Virus record (IMG/VR): IMGVR_UViG_3300024219_000008
Location: 1-43,794 of that record
Origin: a virus
Lineage: Duplodnaviria; Caudoviricetes
Length of the DNA: 43,794 nt
Reading direction: 5' to 3' (one strand)
Below the pieces are notes generated by a model that had not been told where the DNA came from, did not search any database, and saw nothing but the letters and a program-made list of their open reading frames with translations. Shown here one piece after another: positions 18,959-27,724 of the stretch. The translations under genes were made by a program, and so were the position numbers. Numbering within the stretch: the stretch's first letter is position 1; the number at the start of each line of letters is the position of its first letter.

Positions 18959-20241
18959 GCGGCAAGCCTTCGCTGGCTGAGCATGGTTTCAAGCTCTCGG
19001 CGCACCGCTTCAATCGGCCATTCGTCAACCGTGGTTTGGCGGAATATCCGGTGGCCGCGGTACCATTGCGTCCTGGCACCCTTCATCCAGCGCCAGCACG
19101 GGGCCTTCCCAAGCATCAGCAGCACTGGCTTTCCCAGCGCGCCGGCCATGTGAGCATTGGCCGAGTCCGTCGCCACGATCACGTCCATGGCAGCGATGGC
19201 CGCCGCAGTCGAGCGCCAGTCCGTGAAGGTCGAGCCGAGGTCTGCAATGAACCCATCCAGCCCGAGGTTCGTGATCTCCTCCGGGCCCGGCTTGACCTGG
19301 AGGGAGTAGAATGCCGCTCCCGGCAAGTCGAACAATGGGCAAAAGGCGCGGAGGTCGGCCGATCGCAACGCATCATTCGCATAGCCGGGAGAGCCTTTCC
19401 ATGAGAGGCCGACCTTCAATCGTCCCCTTTCAGGGAGATTGACAGGCGCGCTCGTCATGTAAGCCAAATCATTGACACCCACGTATTCGATCCCCATCAG
19501 CGCGCACGCGGCCATCGGAGAAGTCACAAAATCCGCCTTGAACGGGCCGGCTTCGTTGATCACGTCATCAAAGCAGTCGAACTGCTCGGCGATCAGCGGC
19601 GCCAGGCTTTCAGGACCGGAAAACACCAGTTTCGCGCACTCATCCCGGAGGATCGGAGCGAACCTGATGAACTGGATCGTGTCCCCAAACCCCTGTTCAT
19701 GGGTCAGGATGACGGATTTGCCCGTCAGATCCTCGCCGTTCCACCATTTGATCTTGCTCGCGCTGATCGGCTTGCGCGGCTTGATATGGTGCTTGACCTC
19801 GAACTCGTAGAGCCCTTCCTTGAGCTTGCCCATGGCCAGTTTTGCGATGGCGATCGACTGATGGATCTTCGGCTCGTTGATGTCGGCCTCAAGGCTCAGC
19901 TTGTACCAGTTCAACGCCTCCTGGTATTCGTAGCGATCATGATGCGCCAAGCCGATATGGTGCATGACCAACGAGCGGCGGTCCTGCGGTGCGATCTCCA
20001 GCGCGGCCCGGAACGTCCCGATGCTGTCCAAACCGCTCCGCATCAGCGCCGATGCGTAATTGAATACCGCGATAAACTCGTTCGGCGCCACGTTCGCGCA
20101 GCGCTTGGCAATAGCAAGTTGGGCTCGACTGCGCGGCGTGGTCGACAGCAGCGTATACTGGTTGGCAAGATATTCCGGGTTGTCCGGATCGTCGAGCAGA
20201 TGTGCTGCCGTCTTTTTGTAGGCGTCGATGATTTCAGTCAT
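18955..20241 (-). CDS. TPR-repeat glycosyltransferase (GT9-like GT-B domain)
   Basis: N-terminal TPR-like helices; WNGEDL..HEQGFGDTIQFIRF, VGLSWKG, YSLQ, DVIVATDSANAHMAGALGKP, WRW, WY..RIFRQ. Confidence 0.9.
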   Translation of the reverse strand: MTEIIDAYKKTAAHLLDDPDNPEYLANQYTLLSTTPRSRAQLAIAKRCANVAPNEFIAVFNYASALMRSGLDSIGTFRAALEIAPQDRRSLVMHHIGLAHHDRYEYQEALNWYKLSLEADINEPKIHQSIAIAKLAMGKLKEGLYEFEVKHHIKPRKPISASKIKWWNGEDLTGKSVILTHEQGFGDTIQFIRFAPILRDECAKLVFSGPESLAPLIAEQFDCFDDVINEAGPFKADFVTSPMAACALMGIEYVGVNDLAYMTSAPVNLPERGRLKVGLSWKGSPGYANDALRSADLRAFCPLFDLPGAAFYSLQVKPGPEEITNLGLDGFIADLGSTFTDWRSTAAAIAAMDVIVATDSANAHMAGALGKPVLLMLGKAPCWRWMKGARTQWYRGHRIFRQTTVDEWPIEAVRRELETMLSQRRLAA

Positions 20242-20977
20242 GTTTCGCCAGAACGTTCATCCCGAACCTGCGGACAACCGAATAGCCTACATGCTTGAGA
20301 AATCTCCCAATTTCGGTTTCGTCTGATTTGGTCACCTCGAAGAACAGATAGGGCCGGCATCCCTGGATCGTCGTTACCGCTCCGGAGAGCGCATCCATTT
20401 CCATGCCTTCGATGTCCATTTTGATCAGGTCGACACGCGGGAGCTGGAGAGAATCGATAGACAAAGTTCGAACTTTCAGCGTCGGTTCTTCGTAATCGAT
20501 GCATTGCCCGATATATTCGGTATTCCTGAACTGCCGCAGCTCAAGGCTGCCATAGCTGCCGTGGGCCTCATAGTCCGGCTCAGGAATCTTCATCTCTCCT
20601 GTTTTCGTGTCGACTGCGGCCCAGATCGCACGAGCATTGAAGCAATTCTGCAGTGCGATATTGCCGGCTAGAGCGTAGAAAATCCGCTCCTGGGCCTCGA
20701 TCGCAACGACCGAACCCCAGCCTCGCATGTGCCTTGACCACTCAAGTGTGTGAACGCCGATATTGGCCCCGCAATCGACCGCAATAACGCCATCGCCGTG
20801 GCGAATCCTGCGTTCGTCCAGAAGCCCCTTGAGAAATTCAACTTCGTCAGGATCATAGGAGTTGGTCTCTAATATCTGATGACCAACTCCGTACCTGTTT
20901 TCGTTCCCCTCGTTGTAGTCCATCCGGCTAAGGATGATGGCCCCGTGATCCGAGGAAACGAGGCAGAATGAAATCAA
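20234..20977 (-). CDS. FkbM-family SAM-dependent methyltransferase
   Basis: VDCGANIGVHT, AIEAQ, IDSL..VDLIKMDIEGME; probable TTG start overlapping the upstream TGA. Confidence 0.9.
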   Translation of the reverse strand: MISFCLVSSDHGAIILSRMDYNEGNENRYGVGHQILETNSYDPDEVEFLKGLLDERRIRHGDGVIAVDCGANIGVHTLEWSRHMRGWGSVVAIEAQERIFYALAGNIALQNCFNARAIWAAVDTKTGEMKIPEPDYEAHGSYGSLELRQFRNTEYIGQCIDYEEPTLKVRTLSIDSLQLPRVDLIKMDIEGMEMDALSGAVTTIQGCRPYLFFEVTKSDETEIGRFLKHVGYSVVRRFGMNVLAKHD

Positions 20978-21306
20978 GTGCGCGCCCACAGCGAGCTTGA
21001 AATCTTCCTGAAGAAGGAGCCGGCGCCAGGTTGGATCTCTCCTGTTGCCGCGACGCTCTCGCCGGCCTGCCCATGAGCCGTAACATCGCTGTCGAGAGCA
21101 TGGATCTCGACGATATCGCCAACCTGTGATCCGGGCGGAAGCAAGACGTGGCCGGCACCAGAAACCGCGGCGACCATCCATCCCGCGTCGTGAGGAATCT
21201 CGACATAAGGCGTCGAACTTGAGGCTGTCAGTGCAACGATACCTGTCTTTCCAGAAACGGTAACCTCAGCCGTGATCCCTAAAGGATCGACGAATGTCGT
21301 GGTCAT
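20974..21306 (-). CDS. Hypothetical beta-rich protein
   Basis: 110 aa; coupled to both neighbours. Confidence 0.65.
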   Translation of the reverse strand: MTTTFVDPLGITAEVTVSGKTGIVALTASSSTPYVEIPHDAGWMVAAVSGAGHVLLPPGSQVGDIVEIHALDSDVTAHGQAGESVAATGEIQPGAGSFFRKISSSLWART

Positions 21307-21719
21307 GTTTTCTCCTTCATATCGGTCGCGACCTCTGCGGGCTTCTGGTCGTTGGCGTAGGGATCATGCTTGGCGCCACGCCACTCGGCAGGGCCCAGAT
21401 CGGCCGGCTTGGGCGCGTACAGCGATCCAGTAGCGACCGGATGCGGATCGGCTTTAGGCGCGGGCGGAAGAATGGGGTCCGGAATGATGGGTTTGGTCAG
21501 CGGCTTCTCAGCGGCCAGCTTCTCCCGTTCTGCCTCGACCTTCTCGTCGGCGGCCTTCTTCATGTCAGCCTCGAGCTTCGCATTGGTGAAGACCCAGCCG
21601 GCCTTTTCCATCTTGCGGATCATCACGATGGCCTCGGTGATCGAGACCCTGGATTGCGTGGCCTCCGCGATCACGTGCGCTAATTCCTCATCGAGCTTCG
21701 CCTGTGCGATCTTATCCAT
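21303..21719 (-). CDS. Hypothetical protein
   Basis: 138 aa, Pro/Lys-rich C-terminus; overlaps the portal end. Confidence 0.65.
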   Translation of the reverse strand: MDKIAQAKLDEELAHVIAEATQSRVSITEAIVMIRKMEKAGWVFTNAKLEADMKKAADEKVEAEREKLAAEKPLTKPIIPDPILPPAPKADPHPVATGSLYAPKPADLGPAEWRGAKHDPYANDQKPAEVATDMKEKT

Positions 21720-23427
21720 CTGTTTTCTCCGGTTTTGCCCTCATCTGCTCCAGCTTGGCCGCGTGTGATGCGTCGTTGTGTTCCATCTTCTGGTCGTGAG
21801 CAGCGGCAGTCGCAGCCATGCCAACGATGGTCTCCGCCACCTTGGCGCGGTGCTGCTGGTGGTCTGCAGCCGCCTTGCGCTCCATCTCGATCGCTTTCAT
21901 GTGCAATTCCAGCACCTTGATCTTGGCATCAAGTTCCGCCTTGACCTGAGCAAGTGCAGCCGCATCCTTGGCTTTCTGCTGGTCGAGCTGGGCCTTCATC
22001 GCAAGCTCGGCCTGATCGCTCTTGGCCTGCTCCTGGATCGCCAGCACCTTCGGGTCTGGTGTCGGCGGCGGGGGCGGATGCATCGGCTGTCCGGTCTGCG
22101 GATCCTTGGCCTGCGGGTCATTGAAGAACCGATCCGCGTTCTTGTGGCCCATCAGCTTGCAGATTTCGGAGGCGAGATTGAAGATGTTGATGTCGTCGAC
22201 AAGGTTGGTCTTGCCGCCGGCGAGAAGCTTTTCCTGAAGCCCGGCGATCGCCATGTTCTGGGCGAACTGCTGCGCCTTTCCGCCGGTTCCAAGCCCGACG
22301 CTGATGGTCATGTCGTCCCGGGTCGTCCACTGCCGCGGATCGACGCTTACCCACTTATTCCGCAGACGAACGGTTTCGGCCTGCTGCCCATGCTTCCTGA
22401 TTGTGCCGTGCAGCAGCGAGAAGATGTCCCGCACGCCCTCGGACATGATGCGCGCGATCAGCTTCATCCGCATCTGCGAGGCCGAGAAGACCTGCGCAAC
22501 TGCGGTCGCCGTCTGGTTCTGCAGAGCGTTGGCATCGATGCCCTGACCCTGCTTGGTCACACCGGTGCGGGTTTCGAGCTCGGCGTCGAGGTATTGCAGC
22601 ATCGGGTAGATCGACGTGGTGATGTCGGGCACCACCTGCCAATTCAGTCCGCCCGCCGTCTTTGTGCGAACCACGCCACCAGGGCGGCTAACAAGAAGAT
22701 CATCGAGAGTATTCGGTCCAGCATTCTGCTCTGCAACTTCAACCCGGGGGTTGTTGTGCAAATACAGATTGTCCAGCGCGCCCCGCTTCAGCGCCGTCTT
22801 CTCACGCTGCAGTGGCATCACGAGATCGGCCATCGACCGGCCGAAGAACCGGTGCGTCATCGGAACCGGCGTGGTGGCCGCGATCGGGATGGCGTCAATG
22901 GGTTCGATCGCCTCCTTTCCATCCTTGCGCAGGATCTCGCCTTGGTCACCGGCCGTGGTCACCATGTAGAGGCAGGGGCGGCCATTGCCCTCGTAATCCA
23001 TCCGGATATAGTGCTCGGTGATCTTGACCGGGCGCGCCGCTGCGTTCGTGCTTGCTCCTCCTGGCACGGCCAGATGTTCGGAAACCGTGTCGCGAGCGAT
23101 CGTTTCGATTTCGGTCAGGCCGGTGTATTCGGTCAGGCTCTCGATCTGGGCCTTGTCGAATCCCTCCGCGGCCAGCTGCGCCGGCGTCTTCGTCACGACC
23201 TCGTGGAAGGCATAATTGCAGGTCTTGATGTCCCGCGCGGCGCGCTCGATCCCGAACTCCTCGGGGGGAATGCCGAGAACCCGGGCCTGAGCCATTTTCC
23301 TAGTGGTGACGATAGTGACGTCATGGGTGGTCGGCTTGGGCGGCGCAGCAGGAGGGGGAGCTTGAGGCGGCACCATTGGCAGCTGCGGCATGCCTTGGAG
23401 CATGGCCGGAGGCGTCATGGCATCCAT
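21712..23427 (-). CDS. Portal protein, C-terminal part
   Basis: PPEEF, HRFFGRSMADL, LDNLY, RTGVT..QG, LIARI, DMTISVGLG motifs; Gln/Ala coiled-coil tail. Confidence 0.88.
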   Translation of the reverse strand: MDAMTPPAMLQGMPQLPMVPPQAPPPAAPPKPTTHDVTIVTTRKMAQARVLGIPPEEFGIERAARDIKTCNYAFHEVVTKTPAQLAAEGFDKAQIESLTEYTGLTEIETIARDTVSEHLAVPGGASTNAAARPVKITEHYIRMDYEGNGRPCLYMVTTAGDQGEILRKDGKEAIEPIDAIPIAATTPVPMTHRFFGRSMADLVMPLQREKTALKRGALDNLYLHNNPRVEVAEQNAGPNTLDDLLVSRPGGVVRTKTAGGLNWQVVPDITTSIYPMLQYLDAELETRTGVTKQGQGIDANALQNQTATAVAQVFSASQMRMKLIARIMSEGVRDIFSLLHGTIRKHGQQAETVRLRNKWVSVDPRQWTTRDDMTISVGLGTGGKAQQFAQNMAIAGLQEKLLAGGKTNLVDDINIFNLASEICKLMGHKNADRFFNDPQAKDPQTGQPMHPPPPPTPDPKVLAIQEQAKSDQAELAMKAQLDQQKAKDAAALAQVKAELDAKIKVLELHMKAIEMERKAAADHQQHRAKVAETIVGMAATAAAHDQKMEHNDASHAAKLEQMRAKPEKTDG

Positions 23428-24017
23428 TAGGACGGCTCGCTCTCTTCAACCGGCTCGGAGGCTTCCTCAGCCTCGTTGTTGACCGTGTGCTCGACGATCT
23501 TCATGGTTCCTTCCGAGGCCTCAACCGCCTGAACGAGCAACGCAAACTGGTCCTCGGTCAGGTCATAATAGGTCTCGCGGCTTTCCTGCTCGCGTTCTTC
23601 CCAGAAGACCTTGACCAAGCCTGTCTTGCTCAGCAGCGCATCCTTGATGAAGCCATAGAGGATCATGAAGCCCGGATTGCGCTGCATGAACACGTGGTTC
23701 ACATAATCGGTTTCCTGCTGCGCCGCGTCTTCATCCTCCGGACCGACCGGATCGAACCGCACAACCTCGTTAGATCCGGCAAAGATGTCCATCAGCGACG
23801 GCATCAGCCCTTCAATGGTGTCCTGCACATCCATCGAGACAGCGCGGGAGCGTCCGTCCTGCGCCGGCATGTCCTTGGCCATGTGGCCCTGATAGTAGTC
23901 CATCGCATCCGCGCGCTCGCCCATCAGATTGGCGGCCTGCGTCGCAGCCATCGCGCTGGCTTTCTCAGCGTTGACCATGGCGCGAAGGTCGGAGATGGAC
24001 ATTTTAGTCAATTTCAT
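23427..24017 (-). CDS. Portal protein, N-terminal part
   Basis: ERADAMDYY.G, GRSRAVS.DVQDTIE, PVGPEDE.AAQQETDYVN, KDALLSKTG.VKVFW; GAAGGA SD. Confidence 0.88.
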   Translation of the reverse strand: MKLTKMSISDLRAMVNAEKASAMAATQAANLMGERADAMDYYQGHMAKDMPAQDGRSRAVSMDVQDTIEGLMPSLMDIFAGSNEVVRFDPVGPEDEDAAQQETDYVNHVFMQRNPGFMILYGFIKDALLSKTGLVKVFWEEREQESRETYYDLTEDQFALLVQAVEASEGTMKIVEHTVNNEAEEASEPVEESEPS

Positions 24018-24165
24018 AGTCCTTCGGAGCCGACCCATCCTTGCGCAGTTTCTCAATCAGCCGCAGCACGCGGAGGAAGCCTGCTCGCTCCTCAAACCAG
24101 CCTTCACCTCGAGACTGTTCGCGAATCCTCGATTCTACCTCCGCAAGGATTTTCGCGTCATCCAT
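24004..24165 (-). CDS. 53-aa hypothetical protein between TerL and portal
   Basis: Hand translation MDDAKILAEVESRIREQ..; TAATG-coupled to TerL. Confidence 0.55.
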   Translation of the reverse strand: MDDAKILAEVESRIREQSRGEGWFEERAGFLRVLRLIEKLRKDGSAPKDYEID

Positions 24166-25463
24166 TACCGCCACCCCGCATTGCCGTAGTTCAGAGATCG
24201 GTTGAAGTTCGCCTCGTTCGCCGGCGGCTGATAACAGATCGCCATCAGACCCAAGGCGTCAGCAGCGTGTGATGACCAGTCGTGATCCGGTCCAAGGCCC
24301 ACATTTCGGATATCGTCTTTCCGCTCGTGGTAAAAACCGATAGCGTCACGTCCAGCCTCGGTAGTGTCCTCGTTAAACCAGAGTTGCGGGCCGAGACGTC
24401 GGAGCGCTTCAATACGCTGCATTGCGGCGCCGCGTCCCTGATTGGGTACGGTTGGGTCGACCCTGAAACCTGCATCGCGGAAGTGATCCTCGTACCTTTT
24501 CCCAGTGACATCGTTTTCTTTAACCCCGTCATGAGGAAAGCGCAGAATGACGTTCTCGTAACCTCTGGAGCGCAGCCAGTTGACGTGGAAAGCTAGGACT
24601 TGGCCTTGGGACTCGTAATAGTCGAGGACGCGGATTTCCTGCCCGACGAACTGGACAATCCAGATCGTGAAGGCGTCGGCAGTTGCTCCGGATCCGCCAA
24701 TATCGATGAACGCGCGAAGTGGGAGGAGCGGATCGGCAGCCACGCGACCGATTCGCCCACTTTGACGAGCTTGAGCCAGCAGCCCTGCGAAGTAAGCCCC
24801 TTCGAAGGCCTTGGCATATCCGCCCTCATACGTGTGGTCGTACCGATCCGGGTAAAGCTGCAGCTCGAGCAGCCGTTCCGCCTCTAGCGTCTTGGTCCAC
24901 CACGGGTTGTCCCGCCAGTTCGCCTGAATGACAACTGACCCTTCAGGCTTGCGGCCCCTCAGGAAATCATCGACCGCATCAGACTTGCGGCGCGGGTTCC
25001 ATGAGAACCACAGCTCAGACCCCTCATCCCGAATCGTCGGACGCAATAGAGAAAGGCTCCGCGCTGACATAGTCTGCGCTTCGTCCGTCCAAGCGATCCG
25101 GAAGCCCTCAAGCGACTTGATCGACTCCGCGGTGTGGTCCTGCATGCCCGTGAACATGATCAGGCCGTCGCCAGGCGTCGCGATCCGGTCGTGGAAGACC
25201 TTGAACCCCTGCCCTACGCCGAGGGCGCTGATCTTGTCCTCGATCAGCCGCTTCGAACTCTGTGAGAGCGTGCGCTGCACCTCGCGGATACAGACCGCTC
25301 TTGTTCCTTTGACTGCTTGGCATTCTTCAACGACCATTTCGCCGAAGAAATGCGACTTTCCAGAGCCGCGGCCACCATGCAGGCCCTTATATCTGGCAGG
25401 ATGCAACAGCGGTTCGAACACCCGCGCCGTCTTGATGTCAGTCAGGATTTCCTGGATCGACAA
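24165..25463 (-). CDS. terL: Terminase large subunit (PBSX/Terminase_3-like)
   Basis: Walker A GGRGSGKS, CIRE, Walker B AWTDEAQ, PTIR, SWNP; nuclease DIGG and HAADA. Confidence 0.95.
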   Translation of the reverse strand: MSIQEILTDIKTARVFEPLLHPARYKGLHGGRGSGKSHFFGEMVVEECQAVKGTRAVCIREVQRTLSQSSKRLIEDKISALGVGQGFKVFHDRIATPGDGLIMFTGMQDHTAESIKSLEGFRIAWTDEAQTMSARSLSLLRPTIRDEGSELWFSWNPRRKSDAVDDFLRGRKPEGSVVIQANWRDNPWWTKTLEAERLLELQLYPDRYDHTYEGGYAKAFEGAYFAGLLAQARQSGRIGRVAADPLLPLRAFIDIGGSGATADAFTIWIVQFVGQEIRVLDYYESQGQVLAFHVNWLRSRGYENVILRFPHDGVKENDVTGKRYEDHFRDAGFRVDPTVPNQGRGAAMQRIEALRRLGPQLWFNEDTTEAGRDAIGFYHERKDDIRNVGLGPDHDWSSHAADALGLMAICYQPPANEANFNRSLNYGNAGWR

Positions 25464-25731
25464 TGATGCGCCTTATCGTGTGAACGATTTCGACTGGACC
25501 GCCTTCCTCATCGCCCACGATCGCCTGAGCTGGCTTGCCGTCCAACCGATCGCCAATCTCACGCGCTGCAGCGGTTTCTTCGCCCGCCCGATTGAGCAAT
25601 TGCCGCGCAATCCATCGAAGCGATCCCTTGGGGGCCGGGCATGGCTGTTCCTCTGCCGCAAGATTGGCTTCCATCCGGATAGCTTCCCGGAAGGGCTTGT
25701 CTTTGTTGGGCGATCCTGCTGGGCGGGCCAT
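25438..25731 (-). CDS. terS: Terminase small subunit (putative)
   Basis: RPAGSPNK N-terminus, AAREIGDRLDGKP; overlaps terL. Confidence 0.75.
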   Translation of the reverse strand: MARPAGSPNKDKPFREAIRMEANLAAEEQPCPAPKGSLRWIARQLLNRAGEETAAAREIGDRLDGKPAQAIVGDEEGGPVEIVHTIRRIIVDPGNPD

Positions 25732-25746
25732 ATTTTACTGATCAAA

Positions 25747-25938
25747 TCATTGAAATTTTGTTGCTTTGAGCGCGTCAAACGCAGCCCTAATCTCAGCCGG
25801 AGAAGCACCGCTCGGAACCCGCACCGATAGCTTGCCCATCTGGTAAACCTCGAAGCGGCCACCTTCGTCATACCGCATGGTGATACGGTCAAAATCTGGG
25901 TGTCCACTCATTGCATCTTGAACAGATTGAATGCTCAT
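25747..25938 (-). CDS. First late gene, hypothetical
   Basis: 63 aa from MSIQSVQ, just after the late terminator. Confidence 0.6.
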   Translation of the reverse strand: MSIQSVQDAMSGHPDFDRITMRYDEGGRFEVYQMGKLSVRVPSGASPAEIRAAFDALKATKFQ

Positions 25939-25953
25939 TTGGGTTCCAAACGC

Positions 25954-25976
25954 AAAAAGCCCGCGCGAGGCGAGCC
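25954..25976 (-). terminator. tR'-like intrinsic terminator in the late leader
   Basis: GGCTCGC/GCGGGCT hairpin followed by a T run on the minus strand. Confidence 0.7.
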
Positions 25977-25999
25977 TGTGCAAATCACTGCGACGATGA

Positions 26000-26029
26000 G
26001 AAAAGGGCACGTTCCATGTGACATGTCAA
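26000..26029 (-). promoter_or_regulatory. Late promoter (pR'-like)
   Basis: Perfect TTGACA at 26029-26024 just after the Q-like gene; the -10 element is poor. Confidence 0.55.
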
Positions 26030-26041
26030 CTGGTTCCAATA

Positions 26042-26545
26042 CTATCCGTTTGATAATCCGTAGGTTCTGGCCAGCCGGTCGAGACATTCCCCTATCCGCT
26101 TACCGAAATAGAGCTCCCACCTGGTTCCTTTGAGCGCGCGGCGAGCTGCGATCTGGCCCATGTTCAGACCGGTGATTAAGAAGTCCCTGATGAGCGCAGA
26201 GCCATCGAGGCCCAAATCCCTGTCCGCCGCTACCAAACGCTTCACGGCCTTGATCTGGGCATCCGTGATGGCTTCTGGCATGCGGCCGCCGTCGACTGCC
26301 TCTTTGCCAGGGTCGATCGCGCAGGGGCCTCGCTCGGCCGTCTCAAAATCCTGTTGATAGGCACGACCCGCATAATATTGCGCGTCATCGATGGTGCGAG
26401 GGCGGCGCGCATGCATGGCAGCGAGCGGATCATTCCTCGTCGACCTGATTGCGGCGAGCTTGGCTCCCATCTCGTAGGGATCGTCAACCTCGATCGTGGC
26501 GAGATATCCGGTTGCCGGATTGTGAGGCTGGCGGGCGCGGGTCAT
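26042..26545 (-). CDS. Putative late-gene regulator (Q-like)
   Basis: IDDAQYYAGRAY motif and C-terminal HTH-like segment; sits before the promoter-terminator pair. Confidence 0.6.
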   Translation of the reverse strand: MTRARQPHNPATGYLATIEVDDPYEMGAKLAAIRSTRNDPLAAMHARRPRTIDDAQYYAGRAYQQDFETAERGPCAIDPGKEAVDGGRMPEAITDAQIKAVKRLVAADRDLGLDGSALIRDFLITGLNMGQIAARRALKGTRWELYFGKRIGECLDRLARTYGLSNG

Positions 26546-26748
26546 TGCATTGCTCCATGATCGTGCCAGGTGCACAGCCGGATCCCGAGCTTGCGCTGGT
26601 ACATGTAGACGGTGCGGGCCGACAGCCCGAGCGCATCGGCGAGGATGAACGGATCCACGCTCGGGTTGGCGCGGAGGTAGGCGTCACGCTCGGCGGTGAA
26701 CATGGGCGCGCGGCGGAGCGGGAAGAGATCGGGGGCATGGACGGTCAT
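26542..26748 (-). CDS. Small HTH protein
   Basis: ILADALGLSARTVYMYQRKLGI. Confidence 0.65.
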   Translation of the reverse strand: MTVHAPDLFPLRRAPMFTAERDAYLRANPSVDPFILADALGLSARTVYMYQRKLGIRLCTWHDHGAMQ

Positions 26749-27068
26749 TGCTGTTGCGCCCTCGCCATCTCGGCCGCGCGTGGAGTAAGTCGGCGCTTCC
26801 GCGGTTTCCGGGGCCTAGTAACTGATTGGGCAATGTCGCCCAGCGCTCCAGTGAGGTCTACAAGGTCTTCCATGTTCTTTCTATGCTTATCGAGTTCGAT
26901 GAAGATGCGGCCGGCCTCGCGAAGGTGTTCGACTTCCTCCGCGCTGATTTCGAATGTCGTCCATGACGTGCGGCAGGATTTGCAGCGCCGACGACGCCGG
27001 ATGGTTTTGGATACCGGGCGCGAGTCCTTGACCGAGCTTTCGCCGCCGCATTCTGGGCATACGATTAT
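26745..27068 (-). CDS. NrdR-like zinc-ribbon protein (ATA start; not in the ORF track)
   Basis: Hand translation (I)IVCPECGGESSVKDSRPVSKTIRRRRRCKSCRTSWTTFE; 107 aa; stop overlaps the next ATG. Confidence 0.7.
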   Translation of the reverse strand: MIVCPECGGESSVKDSRPVSKTIRRRRRCKSCRTSWTTFEISAEEVEHLREAGRIFIELDKHRKNMEDLVDLTGALGDIAQSVTRPRKPRKRRLTPRAAEMARAQQQ

Positions 27069-27709
27069 TCGGCTGCCCTCATTGCGAGGAGCGCGTGTTT
27101 TTCTAGGATCTCACGCGGGCATCGGCATGCCGAAGATTCCGGATCGGGCCCGGCTTGCGATGACCATCTACCGGTCTTCGTGTACAATTTCACGACGGAC
27201 TCCCAGTCGAACACAGCGTCCATTTTCGTCGGTGCGACTGGCGGCGGCTTGTTTTTCGCCTGCCAGTCTACCGCGCGCTGAACCCAGACACGCCAATCCG
27301 GCAGGATCCGAGGCATCGATCCGGGCCGCTCGCGGAACTTCACCAACTCGGACTCGGCGGTCTGCAGACCGAGCTTCGCAACAGCGTCGTTCCATTCAGG
27401 TTCTGGAGGTCTCCACGTGTCACGTGACGTCACGCTTTCTGCCTCTCTCTTTTCTAAAGATTCTCTCTTAGAGAGAGAGGCGTCCTGTGACTGTCCCGTG
27501 ACTTCACGGTTTGTCACGAGACGGTCACGTGACCGCTGTTTGCGCAACCGGTCGTTTTCACGACGATTTGTCACGCTCTCGTCACGTGACATCTGCGGAC
27601 GAACGGACATCATCAGTACCTCTTCGGCGGCCTGAACGGCGAGTGCAATGACCTCAGGATCGACCTTACGAGCGATCATCTCAAGCACCATGGAGGCAAT
27701 TGGCGTCAT
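27065..27709 (-). CDS. Putative replication initiation protein
   Basis: RRENDRLRKQRSR motif, internal iterons, WRPP..ELVKF..DWRVW; lambdoid O position. Confidence 0.7.
   Translation of the reverse strand: MTPIASMVLEMIARKVDPEVIALAVQAAEEVLMMSVRPQMSRDESVTNRRENDRLRKQRSRDRLVTNREVTGQSQDASLSKRESLEKREAESVTSRDTWRPPEPEWNDAVAKLGLQTAESELVKFRERPGSMPRILPDWRVWVQRAVDWQAKNKPPPVAPTKMDAVFDWESVVKLYTKTGRWSSQAGPDPESSACRCPREILEKHALLAMRAAE
27419..27590. repeat. Putative replication origin (iterons)
   Basis: GTCACGTGAC palindromes at 27419, 27524 and 27581; TTTGTCACG at 27510 and 27567; CT/AG tract at 27442-27480. Confidence 0.7.
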
Positions 27710-27724
27710 TCCTGATGGGATCCC

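Noticed and set aside
20978-21181. 315-aa long form of FkbM from the ORF track
   Set aside because: The extension overlaps the 110-aa gene; a TTG start at 20977 gives coupling and matches the family start
21778-23430. 550-aa plus-strand ORF (also 15749-17080, 37003-38229, 6445-7284 and similar)
   Set aside because: Antisense shadows of GC-rich genes; no SD or motifs, and the opposite strand has clear family signatures
23420-23450. Programmed -1 frameshift fusing the two portal ORFs
   Set aside because: No slippery heptamer; TAATG coupling explains the junction
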